Position numbers and translations under genes: made by a program. The notes beneath the pieces were generated by a model. The model did no database searches, was not told the DNA's origin, and saw nothing but the letters and a program-made list of their open reading frames with translations. A DNA stretch of 64,000 nt, from positions 64,742 to 128,741 of the forward strand of contig JAERRU010000003.1 in the NCBI GenBank assembly GCA_016735295.1, in the 5' to 3' direction. This document shows, in pieces, positions 10,840 through 19,250 of the stretch (position 1 is its first letter; the number at the start of each line of letters is the position of its first letter). Source of the DNA: SAR324 cluster bacterium. Lineage in GTDB: Bacteria; SAR324; XYD2-FULL-50-16; JAERRU01.

Positions 10840-10910
10840 GTGAGTAATATTTGACCAAATAAAAATATATAATTATCTTTTAAAAAAAATATATCACCAA
10901 TAAATAAAAA

Positions 10911-11798
10911 TTAAACCCAGTTTTGGGGGGTTAAATATTTATATATTTCAGCTTCAGCCGTTCCTGCAGTAGGTTTATAATCATAAACCCAGCTAGCTAA
11001 GGGAGGCAAAGACATTAAAATAGATTCTATTCTACCTTGCGTTTCCAAGCCAAACAAAGTTCCTCTATCATAAATCAAGTTAAATTCCACATACCTACCC
11101 CGCCGATAATACTGAAATTTACGGTTTTCTTCACTATAAGCAATATCCTTTCGGGCATTCAAGATCGGTATATAGCTATCATTAAAAGAATTTCCTAGAT
11201 CCAACACAAAATTAAAATTTTTCTGCCAATCGTCATTTATATAATCAAAAAATATCCCCCCCACTCCTCTAGCTTCGTTTCGATGCTTTATAAAAAAATA
11301 TTCATCACACCATTTTTTAAACTTTTCATAATAATCAGCCCGGTGCTGGTCACACACCTTTTTAAGGGTAAGGTGAAAATGCTTGATGTCATCTATATTA
11401 GGATAATAAGGGGTCATATCTATTCCTCCGCCAACCCACCATTTTTCGCCGGTATCAATATATCTAATATTCATATGCACTGTAGGAACAAACGGATTTT
11501 TAGGGTGCAACACCAAAGAAACACCAGTAGCAAAAAATTCTGTATTTGATGATACCTTCATTTTTTTTGCTAATTTCTCATTTATCCGTCCCTCAACAGC
11601 AGAAAAGTTTACTCCTCCTTTTTCTATGACATCGCCAGTAATAACTTTAGTAAGCCCTCCGCCTTTGCCTTGTTTATAATTCCACTCATCTGTTTTAAAT
11701 TTATCGCCACTAGCCTTTTCTAAAGCTTGGCAAATGCTGTCTTGCACCAGCGTCATATGGTGTTTTATATCAGTAAAATTTCTTGCTATATTTGTCAT
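10911..11798 (-). CDS. hemF: oxygen-dependent coproporphyrinogen III oxidase
   Basis: 295 aa. GGGLTKVI, VNFSAV, HPKNPFVPTVHMNIRY, WWVGGGIDMTPYY, RGVGGIFFDY and RRGRYVEFNLIYDRGT are typical HemF blocks. Confidence 0.92.
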   Translation of the reverse strand: MTNIARNFTDIKHHMTLVQDSICQALEKASGDKFKTDEWNYKQGKGGGLTKVITGDVIEKGGVNFSAVEGRINEKLAKKMKVSSNTEFFATGVSLVLHPKNPFVPTVHMNIRYIDTGEKWWVGGGIDMTPYYPNIDDIKHFHLTLKKVCDQHRADYYEKFKKWCDEYFFIKHRNEARGVGGIFFDYINDDWQKNFNFVLDLGNSFNDSYIPILNARKDIAYSEENRKFQYYRRGRYVEFNLIYDRGTLFGLETQGRIESILMSLPPLASWVYDYKPTAGTAEAEIYKYLTPQNWV

Positions 11799-11833
11799 TT
11801 TATCTAAATTATTTATCTTTAAAAATTATCTTT

Positions 11834-12667
11834 CTATATGGCTATATCCGCCTTTATCGCTGGCTCTGGGGAGTAATTATTGATGATAAAATCATCTACT
11901 TTATAAGAAAATAAATTATCTGGCTTACGGTTAAATGTTAAAGTAGGTAATAAAGCCTTAGGAGTTCTGCCCAGCTGCTTTTTAACTTGTGATATATGAT
12001 TGTTATACAAATGCACATCACCACCAATCCAAATAAGTTCCGCTACCTCCAAGCCCAGCTGGTGAGCGATCATATGAGTTAAAAATGCATAACTAGCTAT
12101 ATTAAAAGGGGTACCTAAAAAGAAATCTTGGCTCCTAGCATACATTTGGCAAGAGAGGCGATTATTAATTACATAAAATTGAGCTAACAGATGGCAAGGT
12201 GCTAGAGCCATTTTTTTATTTTCAACATTTTCTTGCGGGCTTAAACTTTCATCAGGTAAATCATCTAAATTCCAAGCATTTAATATATGCCGGCGACTAT
12301 TAGGATTTTTAACCAGATTTTCCATTAAAATAGCTAATTGATCATATTTATCTTGTGCACCTTGCCAATTTCTCCACTGCTGGCCATATATTGGCCCTAA
12401 ATCACCTTTTTCATCAGCCCATTCGTCCCAGATATGACAATTATTTTTATGTAAATGTTCAAGATTAGTCTCACCACTAATAAACCATAATAACTCCGCT
12501 AAAACCCCTTTTATATAGATTCTTTTAGTGCTCAGCAAAGGAAATCCCTTATTAAGATCAAACCTCATCTTTTCTCCAAACAAAGAACGTACCCCAGTTT
12601 TAGTGCGATCATCTTTATTGATCCCATTATCTAAAACATTTTGTAAAATACGTAAATAGTTCTTCAT
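11834..12667 (-). CDS. thyA: thymidylate synthase
   Basis: 277 aa. Blocks are DRTKTGVRSLFG, GPIYGQQWRNW, MALAPCHLLAQFYV (catalytic Cys) and DVHLYNNH. Confidence 0.95.
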   Translation of the reverse strand: MKNYLRILQNVLDNGINKDDRTKTGVRSLFGEKMRFDLNKGFPLLSTKRIYIKGVLAELLWFISGETNLEHLHKNNCHIWDEWADEKGDLGPIYGQQWRNWQGAQDKYDQLAILMENLVKNPNSRRHILNAWNLDDLPDESLSPQENVENKKMALAPCHLLAQFYVINNRLSCQMYARSQDFFLGTPFNIASYAFLTHMIAHQLGLEVAELIWIGGDVHLYNNHISQVKKQLGRTPKALLPTLTFNRKPDNLFSYKVDDFIINNYSPEPAIKADIAI

Positions 12668-12848
12668 CTTGCTCTCAAAAGTTATCTTTTTTGTTTTAAT
12701 TGTTAAGTGATATAATTTTTGATTATTACTGCTAATCTATCTCAATTATCTAAAATAAGCCTCAAATAAATTTAGCGACTAAAGAGTGAACACCAATAGA
12801 TAGTCATTAATTATGAATCTTGTCATGGAGCTTATTATCGAGCTTGTT

Positions 12849-15509
12849 CTAGCCACTGTCATCTGGATTGGCATAAAAGTTTTCCCTGATTATCTTTTCC
12901 ATTTTTTTTGGGTCAACAAAATCACAGCTACACTGCGCAAAATCTGCTCTGCCCCCACCTTTGCCGTTTATCTGGGGCATGATTTTTTTTAACATATCAT
13001 TCGCTTTTATTTTCTTCGTCACCTCTTTAGCTCCCACTGCCAAAGCCAATACCCCTTTATTATCGGCTTGTGGTTGCCACAAAACACTTAACCCTTGTGG
13101 ATAATGCTGCTTTGCTAAATTAGCATAACTCTTCAAATCACCACCTATAGGCACGTTTATCCAAACAAATGAATCCGATTTTATCATTTTCTGATTATCT
13201 GTTGCCGTTTTAATTTTGGCTTCTATCATTTGTAGTTTGGTAGCTGCTACTTGCTTTTCTAGCTGATTATTATTTTTCAGTAATATTTTAATTCGATCAG
13301 CTAAATCTTCCGTTTTAACCGATAATAATTTGCTCAGCTCTTCGGTTTGGTTTAGGTGAAAATTAACGTGGCCCAGTGCTTTTTGGCCAGTAAATGCTTC
13401 AATTCTTCTTAATCCAGCGGCCACACTTTGTTCTGAGATAATTTTAAAAAATGATATATCTCCCGTTCTTGTAGCGTGAGTCCCCCCACATAATTCTACA
13501 CTGCTAGACCCTGCTTTAACCACTCTTACTAAATCACCATATTTATCTCCAAAAAATGCCATCGCCCCCATTTGTAAAGCTTCCTTGTATGGCATTTCTT
13601 TTGTGGTGACTAGTTGATTTTCCATAACACGTTTATTTACTATTGATTCTATCTCTGCTAGCTCACGGTGGCTTAATGATTTATTACTATTAAAATCAAA
13701 TCTTAATTTCTCAAAATCAACATAAGAACCTGCTTGCTTTACTGCGCTGCCCAGCACCTCGCGCAAAGCACTATGCAAAAGATGCGTCGCTGTGTGATTA
13801 GCAGAAGTTAATTTTCTTTTATCTAAGTCCACTTTAGCGTTCACTTTAGCAAAATGCTCCCAGTTAAGTTGTTCCACCGAGCTACTCACCACTCGAACTT
13901 GGCAAAGATTAAATCCATTAAATGGCTTTGTTGTGGCCATTACTTTTAATTGAAAATAATCAGATGTAATAACCCCAATATCGCCCACTTGCCCACCTGC
14001 AGTGGCGTAAAATGGTGTTTTATCTAGTAAAATTGAGAACTCTTTTTCTTTAGTTACCCTATCTACTTGCTGATTATCCTGAAATAATGCTAAGGCTTTG
14101 GTATTAATCCTTTTTAACTCATAACCAATAAACGTTTGCTTTGCTAGCCTAGCTTGAGCCTCTTGGTAAAATGCTAAATCTTGCGTGCTATTCACCATGC
14201 CCGCCTGCCTTGCTCTTGTTTTTTGAGCTTCCATGGCTTTATCAAATTCAGTGTTACCGAAGGTAAGTTTTTCATTATGCAACATCTCTGTTGCTATATC
14301 GACTGGAAATCCATAGGTATCATAAAGCTTAAAAATATCTTTTCCTGATATCTCATCTTTTTTATCTGCTTGAGCTTGCTTGATAAATTCATTCAAAATG
14401 GTAACCCCACTTTTTAAAGTACTCTGAAACCGATCTTCCTCTTGGCTAATAGATCCTATGATCATTTGTTTTCCTTCTTTGAGCTCGGCGTATATATCCC
14501 ACATATCAGGTAAAAATTTCTCTGCTATTTGGCTAAACCCTCCATGCTCTATGCCTAATATCCCTGCGTGCCTTAATCCTCGGCGAATTATTCTTCTTAG
14601 CACATATCCCCGCCCTTCATTTCCCGGAATAACTCCATCTGCTATAGCAAAAACAGCTGCTCTGATATGATCGGCTATCACCTTAATGGACACATCTTTA
14701 GCTGAATCTTCTCGATATTTTATTCCTGCTGCTTCAGATATGCTGCCCACCAAAGGAGCGAATATATCTATATCAAAATTAGATTCCACCCCTTGCAAAA
14801 CAGAACAAATCCTCTCTAACCCACAACCTGTATCTATGCTTGGCTTTGGCAGTGGGCTAAGCTTTCCATCTGGAGTGCGGTTAAATTGCATGAATACCAA
14901 ATTCCAAATCTCCAAAAATCGGCCATCATCAGCTTCTAAAGAATCTATCACACCTCCCTTTTCCCCCTTTGCCATATCAAAATGTATCTCTGAGCACGGC
15001 CCGCATGGCCCACTATCTCCCATTGACCAAAAATTATCCTTTTCCCCCAGCTTCGCTATCTTGCTATAAGGCAATCCTATTGTTTTATGCCAAATCTCTA
15101 ACGATTCTTTATCTTCATAATAAACTGACGCCGCTAACTTGCTTTCTGGTATTTTTAACTCCTTAGTCAACCAATCCCATGCATAAATTATAGCTTCTTT
15201 TTTAAAATAATCACCAAACGCAAAATTTCCCATCATCTCAAAAAATGTGTGATGTCTAGCCGTATATCCCACATTTTCTAAATCATTATGCTTGCCCCCC
15301 GCTCTAATTACCTTTTGATGGGTAACCGCCCTTTTATAGCTAGGCGTTTCTTTACCCAAAAAAACATCTTTAAATTGATTCATGCCCGCATTTATAAATA
15401 GTATACTAGGATCATCATGCGGAATTAATGGAGAGCTAAGCACGTGCTGGTGGTCTTTTGACTGGAAGTAATTGATAAACGATTTTCTAACTTGGTTTCC
15501 TGAAAACAT
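12849..15509 (-). CDS. alaS: alanine--tRNA ligase
   Basis: 886 aa. The class II core includes FTNAGM-like INAGMNQFKDVFLG and FFEMMGNFAFGDYFK. The editing-domain motifs are HTATHLLH and CGGTH. A C-terminal DHHA1-like tail is present. Confidence 0.95.
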   Translation of the reverse strand: MFSGNQVRKSFINYFQSKDHQHVLSSPLIPHDDPSILFINAGMNQFKDVFLGKETPSYKRAVTHQKVIRAGGKHNDLENVGYTARHHTFFEMMGNFAFGDYFKKEAIIYAWDWLTKELKIPESKLAASVYYEDKESLEIWHKTIGLPYSKIAKLGEKDNFWSMGDSGPCGPCSEIHFDMAKGEKGGVIDSLEADDGRFLEIWNLVFMQFNRTPDGKLSPLPKPSIDTGCGLERICSVLQGVESNFDIDIFAPLVGSISEAAGIKYREDSAKDVSIKVIADHIRAAVFAIADGVIPGNEGRGYVLRRIIRRGLRHAGILGIEHGGFSQIAEKFLPDMWDIYAELKEGKQMIIGSISQEEDRFQSTLKSGVTILNEFIKQAQADKKDEISGKDIFKLYDTYGFPVDIATEMLHNEKLTFGNTEFDKAMEAQKTRARQAGMVNSTQDLAFYQEAQARLAKQTFIGYELKRINTKALALFQDNQQVDRVTKEKEFSILLDKTPFYATAGGQVGDIGVITSDYFQLKVMATTKPFNGFNLCQVRVVSSSVEQLNWEHFAKVNAKVDLDKRKLTSANHTATHLLHSALREVLGSAVKQAGSYVDFEKLRFDFNSNKSLSHRELAEIESIVNKRVMENQLVTTKEMPYKEALQMGAMAFFGDKYGDLVRVVKAGSSSVELCGGTHATRTGDISFFKIISEQSVAAGLRRIEAFTGQKALGHVNFHLNQTEELSKLLSVKTEDLADRIKILLKNNNQLEKQVAATKLQMIEAKIKTATDNQKMIKSDSFVWINVPIGGDLKSYANLAKQHYPQGLSVLWQPQADNKGVLALAVGAKEVTKKIKANDMLKKIMPQINGKGGGRADFAQCSCDFVDPKKMEKIIRENFYANPDDSG

Positions 15510-15643
15510 AGTTTATGATAATTTTATGCTGCTTGTGTTTTGTTTTAACTTTTTAGATAATAGTATATTATTATGCTCAACATATACACTTAGTGCTAGT
15601 ATGGGAAGATTTAATCTTACCCTTAAAATGATAATCTAGTTTT

Positions 15644-15689
15644 TTATATTGTTTTTATTCTTTGCTTATATTTGTTTATATTTATTTAT
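15644..15689. repeat. three imperfect AT-rich repeats, TTATATT(T)[GA]TTT.., in the alaS / ABC-exporter divergent intergenic region
   Basis: The copies are TTATATTGTTTTTA (15644), TTATATTTGTTTAT (15666) and TTATATTTATTTAT (15676). This looks like a DNA-unwinding element, but the genome is AT-rich overall. Confidence 0.35.
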
Positions 15690-15760
15690 TTTTATCTATT
15701 TTATTCCCATTAAATCATCGTTATAACCAATAGTCACTATCTTCATAGCCACAAACTACT

Positions 15761-17512
15761 ATGTTAGAAATTATCTTAACCACCCTAAAACAGCTGACTG
15801 GCCATGAGAAAATTAAATTTATGGCGATCAATATGCTACAAATTATATCTGCTAGTTTGGAAGCTATTGCCATTGGAACATTATATTTATTAATTAAGGC
15901 GTTAAATAGGCCTGATTCGATTAGTAAAGATGATAATCATTTATCTTTTGTGTATTCCTTTTTCGCTCCGATCACCTTTAATGAATTTATCCTTTGGTTA
16001 ATGTTCTTGGTGTTCATGGCCTTTGCCCTTAAAGGAGCTTTGCAGCTAGGCATTACTATTATAGCACTTAATTTTTCTATAGAAAAAACCGCTAAAGTCT
16101 GTGGTCAGCTGATGTCATCTATAATGCGTCAACCATTTGAATTTCATTTGCGAAATGGATTTTCTAGTATCGAAAAATCTTTAAATTCTACTGAAAAATT
16201 AAGACCAAAACTAGAATATATATCTTTATTTACTACCGAAATATTTTTGTTATCTTCTTTAATGGGATTATTAATTATCATAAATTATTATGTCTCTTTA
16301 GGATTCACTTCTTTAAGCTTTTTTTTAGTTTGGGCGATTTATAAATTTCAAAAAAATAATGCAGATAAATTAGGTCGTCAAAGAAGTATCCTCTTCAAAA
16401 AAATTAGTCATATAAAATTACAAGCTATTTCTGGCATTAAGGAAATAAGACTTTTGGCGAGAGAAAATTATTTTATAAATAAATATAATCAATTTAATCG
16501 CCAAGCAATGAAAATAGACTCTATGTCTTTAATTTTTAGCACTTTACCTAAAATACTTTTAGAGACTATCTTTGTGGGAATATTTATTATTTTACTACTA
16601 GTGCTGATAAAATTAAATAAAGCAGATGTTATTATCCCCCTAGTCGGAACCTACGCTCTAGTCGCCATTAGAGCTTTGCCTAGCCTATCTAGGATTAGCT
16701 ATTATGCGATCTATCTAAAACATCTGCATTCAGTAGAAAAATCTAGCCACTCGCTAGCTTTAACCCCGATTAAAAAAGATGTTTCCCTATCTACTAATCA
16801 GCTATCTTTCCAAAATTCTATTAAAATAACTAACCTCTCTTACCGCTACGATAACGCTTCTCAAAATGTGTTAAATAATGTGAACTTAACCATCAACAAA
16901 GGAGACGTAGTAGGCTTTATGGGCGAGACGGGAGCGGGAAAATCTACCTTAATTGATATTATAATAGGCCTGCTAGCCCCACAAAAAGGCTTGGTGGCAG
17001 TGGATGGAATAGATATTCAAACCAACCTTAAAAGTTGGTATACGAAAATAGGCTACGTTCCTCAAGCTATATATTTATCTGATAATAGTATATTGCAAAA
17101 CATTGCTATCGGCCTGGAAGACGATGAAATAGATCGTGATAAAGTGATTGAATCATTAAAAAAAGCTCAAGCTTGGGGCTTTGTGAGCTCACTGCCAGAA
17201 AAAATTAATACTTTAATTGGTGAAAGAGGCATTAAACTTAGCGGGGGGCAAAGGCAAAGGCTTGGTGTTGCTCGTTCTTTATATAACAATCCTGAAATAT
17301 TATTTATGGATGAAGCCACCTCTGCCTTAGATCAAGAAACTGAAACTGCCGTTATTAAGGCGATTAATTCTTTATCTCGAAAAAAGACTATTTTAGTAGT
17401 CGCCCATAGATTATCTACCCTTAGATATTGTGATAAAATATATCAATTAAAAGGGGGTATTATCACCCAAAGCAGTAATTTTAGTGGTGGTGCTGATACT
17501 GATAATTCTTAG
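15761..17512 (+). CDS. ABC transporter, fused permease/ATP-binding protein (MsbA-like exporter family)
   Basis: 583 aa. The N-terminal half is a multi-pass membrane domain. Walker A is GETGAGKST, the signature is LSGGQRQRLGVARSL, and Walker B is ILFMDEATSALD. Confidence 0.85.
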   Translation: MLEIILTTLKQLTGHEKIKFMAINMLQIISASLEAIAIGTLYLLIKALNRPDSISKDDNHLSFVYSFFAPITFNEFILWLMFLVFMAFALKGALQLGITIIALNFSIEKTAKVCGQLMSSIMRQPFEFHLRNGFSSIEKSLNSTEKLRPKLEYISLFTTEIFLLSSLMGLLIIINYYVSLGFTSLSFFLVWAIYKFQKNNADKLGRQRSILFKKISHIKLQAISGIKEIRLLARENYFINKYNQFNRQAMKIDSMSLIFSTLPKILLETIFVGIFIILLLVLIKLNKADVIIPLVGTYALVAIRALPSLSRISYYAIYLKHLHSVEKSSHSLALTPIKKDVSLSTNQLSFQNSIKITNLSYRYDNASQNVLNNVNLTINKGDVVGFMGETGAGKSTLIDIIIGLLAPQKGLVAVDGIDIQTNLKSWYTKIGYVPQAIYLSDNSILQNIAIGLEDDEIDRDKVIESLKKAQAWGFVSSLPEKINTLIGERGIKLSGGQRQRLGVARSLYNNPEILFMDEATSALDQETETAVIKAINSLSRKKTILVVAHRLSTLRYCDKIYQLKGGIITQSSNFSGGADTDNS

Positions 17513-17537
17513 GATTTATTTTTTATTCAGAGTTTTT

Positions 17538-17810
17538 TTATAAATCAGGCAAATTATCCAAATTATTTTCAGTATGTCCATCACTGGCAGTGCGTAAATA
17601 TTCGCCCTTAACTCTATCGTTAACTACTATTACCTCACTCATAACAGAACAAGTAGGATGTCGAGAATAATACAAACATTTATTGTTTTTTATTTGATAT
17701 ATTGCTTGATATACAGTGAAAGCCCATTGTTCATTTTTATTTCCTATTCTAATAATATCTCCGTCCTCATCTTTTTGAGTATGAGTAACAAGTCTTTCTA
17801 TCATATCCAT
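17538..17810 (-). CDS. small DUF3892-like protein
   Basis: 90 aa. The pattern ...AIYQIKNN...VIVVNDRVKGEYLRTASDGHTENNLDNLP matches my memory of the DUF3892 consensus (..YLRT..D....NNL..LP). Confidence 0.5.
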   Translation of the reverse strand: MDMIERLVTHTQKDEDGDIIRIGNKNEQWAFTVYQAIYQIKNNKCLYYSRHPTCSVMSEVIVVNDRVKGEYLRTASDGHTENNLDNLPDL

Positions 17811-18016
17811 TTTTAAATAAGTTTAAGTTAATAAAAAACATATTAGCTAACAAAGCACTGCTAATATATCATCTACTTATAGATTAACATTATATTTATC
17901 TCTCCTATTTGATGTGCTCCATATTTATCCATCACACCTTTTTGTATGCGTTAATCTTTGTTTTATATGATAGATAATTGATTATTACACTAGGCTCACA
18001 GAAATATATTCTATGC

Positions 18017-18045
18017 TTGACAAGTTAGCGAAAAATCTGTATATA
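18017..18045 (+). promoter_or_regulatory. sigma70-like promoter upstream of rpmH
   Basis: TTGACA at 18017-18022, a 17-nt spacer, then TATATA at 18040-18045. It lies about 115 nt upstream of the rpmH ATG. Confidence 0.5.
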
Positions 18046-18160
18046 ACTCTGTCTTTAGCTGATTATAAATATCTGATTTAGCTGCCCTTGTTTTGGTAGT
18101 AGATAATGGGGCACACGAAATTTAGCTAATTTTATTTTTATCATAAATAATTTATAAAAA

Positions 18161-18295
18161 ATGAAACGAACTTTTCAACCACATAATAAAAGAAGAAGTA
18201 AAAAACATGGCTTTCGCAAGCGTATGTCAACTAAAGACGGGCGAAAAATAATTAACGCTCGCCGTAGAAAAGGGAGGAAAAAGCTTAGCGTATAA
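18161..18295 (+). CDS. rpmH: 50S ribosomal protein L34
   Basis: Below the ORF-track size cutoff. My translation is [44 protein letters not shown], the canonical L34 sequence. It is followed by rnpA-yidD-yidC. The minus-strand track ORF 18175-18387 is its antisense shadow. Confidence 0.97.
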   Translation: MKRTFQPHNKRRSKKHGFRKRMSTKDGRKIINARRRKGRKKLSV

Positions 18296-18301
18296 TTTTC
18301 C

Positions 18302-18328
18302 TGTGGCATTTGTGGCATTTGTGGCATA
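18302..18328. repeat. perfect head-to-tail 9-mer array: TGTGGCATT, TGTGGCATT, TGTGGCATA
   Basis: Read directly from the sequence. It starts 7 nt after the rpmH stop codon. Confidence 0.9.
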
Positions 18329-18477
18329 ATTATAAATTTAAGTTTTTCCTTAATTTCAAAATTTATAAAAATTAATGGAATCGCCAAGATTTATATAATT
18401 TCAGAAATTGCTGGTTTTTTTTAAGATTGAGCATTTTTATTATGATATTTGCGTAAAATTCGCAAAATTTTTGCTGA

Positions 18478-18918
18478 GTGAAAGAATCATACTTTACGCC
18501 GATTAAGTCAGAAAAATCGGAAGAGTTGGAAAAGTCGGGTAAATTGGGGAAATCGGGGAAATCGGGGAAATCGGAAAAGTTTTCATCCGCTTTTCGGGTA
18601 AAGAAAAAAATCCACGTGAGCCGTATTTTCTCAACGGGAACCTTTATTACTCACTATCCGTTAAATTTTAAATATGTCAAAAATCAGCAAAAAGAAAGCC
18701 GCATTTTGCTTAGTTTAAAAAAACATTGTGGCAATGCTCCCCAAAGAAATCGTTTTAAACGTCAAGTTAGAGAGGCGTTTAGATTAAATTATCAACTAAA
18801 ATTTATGGGATACGATATATCAATAATTTACACTAGAAAACTTACTACCCCATTAAGTTATCAGCAAATATCGGCTTGTTTAGAAAAATTAAAAAATACT
18901 CTATCTCATTTACAATAA
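18478..18918 (+). CDS. rnpA: ribonuclease P protein component (start codon uncertain)
   Basis: It follows rpmH. The RnpA-like core is FRVKKKIHVSRIFSTG...APQRNRFKRQVREAFRL, carrying the RNR-type basic motif. There is no in-frame ATG. Candidate starts are GTG 18478, TTG 18526 and TTG 18544. Confidence 0.8.
   Translation: MKESYFTPIKSEKSEELEKSGKLGKSGKSGKSEKFSSAFRVKKKIHVSRIFSTGTFITHYPLNFKYVKNQQKESRILLSLKKHCGNAPQRNRFKRQVREAFRLNYQLKFMGYDISIIYTRKLTTPLSYQQISACLEKLKNTLSHLQ
18509..18579 (+). repeat. 9-bp tandem repeat (GGGGAAATC x3 perfect at 18546-18572, degenerate copies upstream) inside the 5' end of the rnpA ORF
   Basis: Read directly. In frame it encodes SEKSEELEKSGKLGKSGKSGKSEK. Confidence 0.9.
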
Positions 18919-18933
18919 AATTTTACCAGGCAC

Positions 18934-19203
18934 GTGAGGATTATTAAATTTTATCCAATTAAATTAGTCAATATAATAGCTAAATTAATGGTGCTTATTT
19001 TATGCTGGTTAATTGCTTTTTATCAAAGATGGATTGCTATATTACTACCTTATAATAGGTGTATATATCACCCTAGCTGTTCTAAATATTGCGTGTCTTG
19101 TTTGAAAAAGCATGGGCTAGTTAGGGGGGGGTGGTTTTCAATAGCTAGAATTGCTAGCTGTCATCCCTATAACAAGGGCGGAGCTGATCCTGTGCCTGAT
19201 TGA
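18934..19203 (+). CDS. yidD: membrane protein insertion efficiency factor YidD
   Basis: 89 aa. The YidD signature is CIYHPSCSKYCVSCLKKHGLVRGGWFSIARIASCHPYNKGGADPVP. The position between rnpA and yidC fits. Confidence 0.9.
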   Translation: MRIIKFYPIKLVNIIAKLMVLILCWLIAFYQRWIAILLPYNRCIYHPSCSKYCVSCLKKHGLVRGGWFSIARIASCHPYNKGGADPVPD

Positions 19204-19250
19204 TTATAATAGATAATTATATATATATAAATAAAAGATAAATAAAAAAT

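Noticed and set aside
12813-12992. 59-codon hydrophobic + strand ORF (MNLVMELIIELVLATVIWIG...) overlapping the alaS 3' end
   Set aside because: It is mostly antisense to the conserved alaS C-terminus. It has no obvious RBS and falls below the size threshold. It is most likely a chance ORF.
15510-18160. Perfect DnaA boxes (TTATCCACA / TGTGGATAA) in the two AT-rich intergenic regions
   Set aside because: None was found by eye, only 2-mismatch variants. The origin idea is therefore kept as a hypothesis based on gene orientation and marker genes, not on boxes.
18175-18387. Minus-strand 70-aa ORF containing MPQMPQMPQ
   Set aside because: It is the antisense of rpmH plus the TGTGGCATT repeat. The L34 reading on the + strand is unambiguous.
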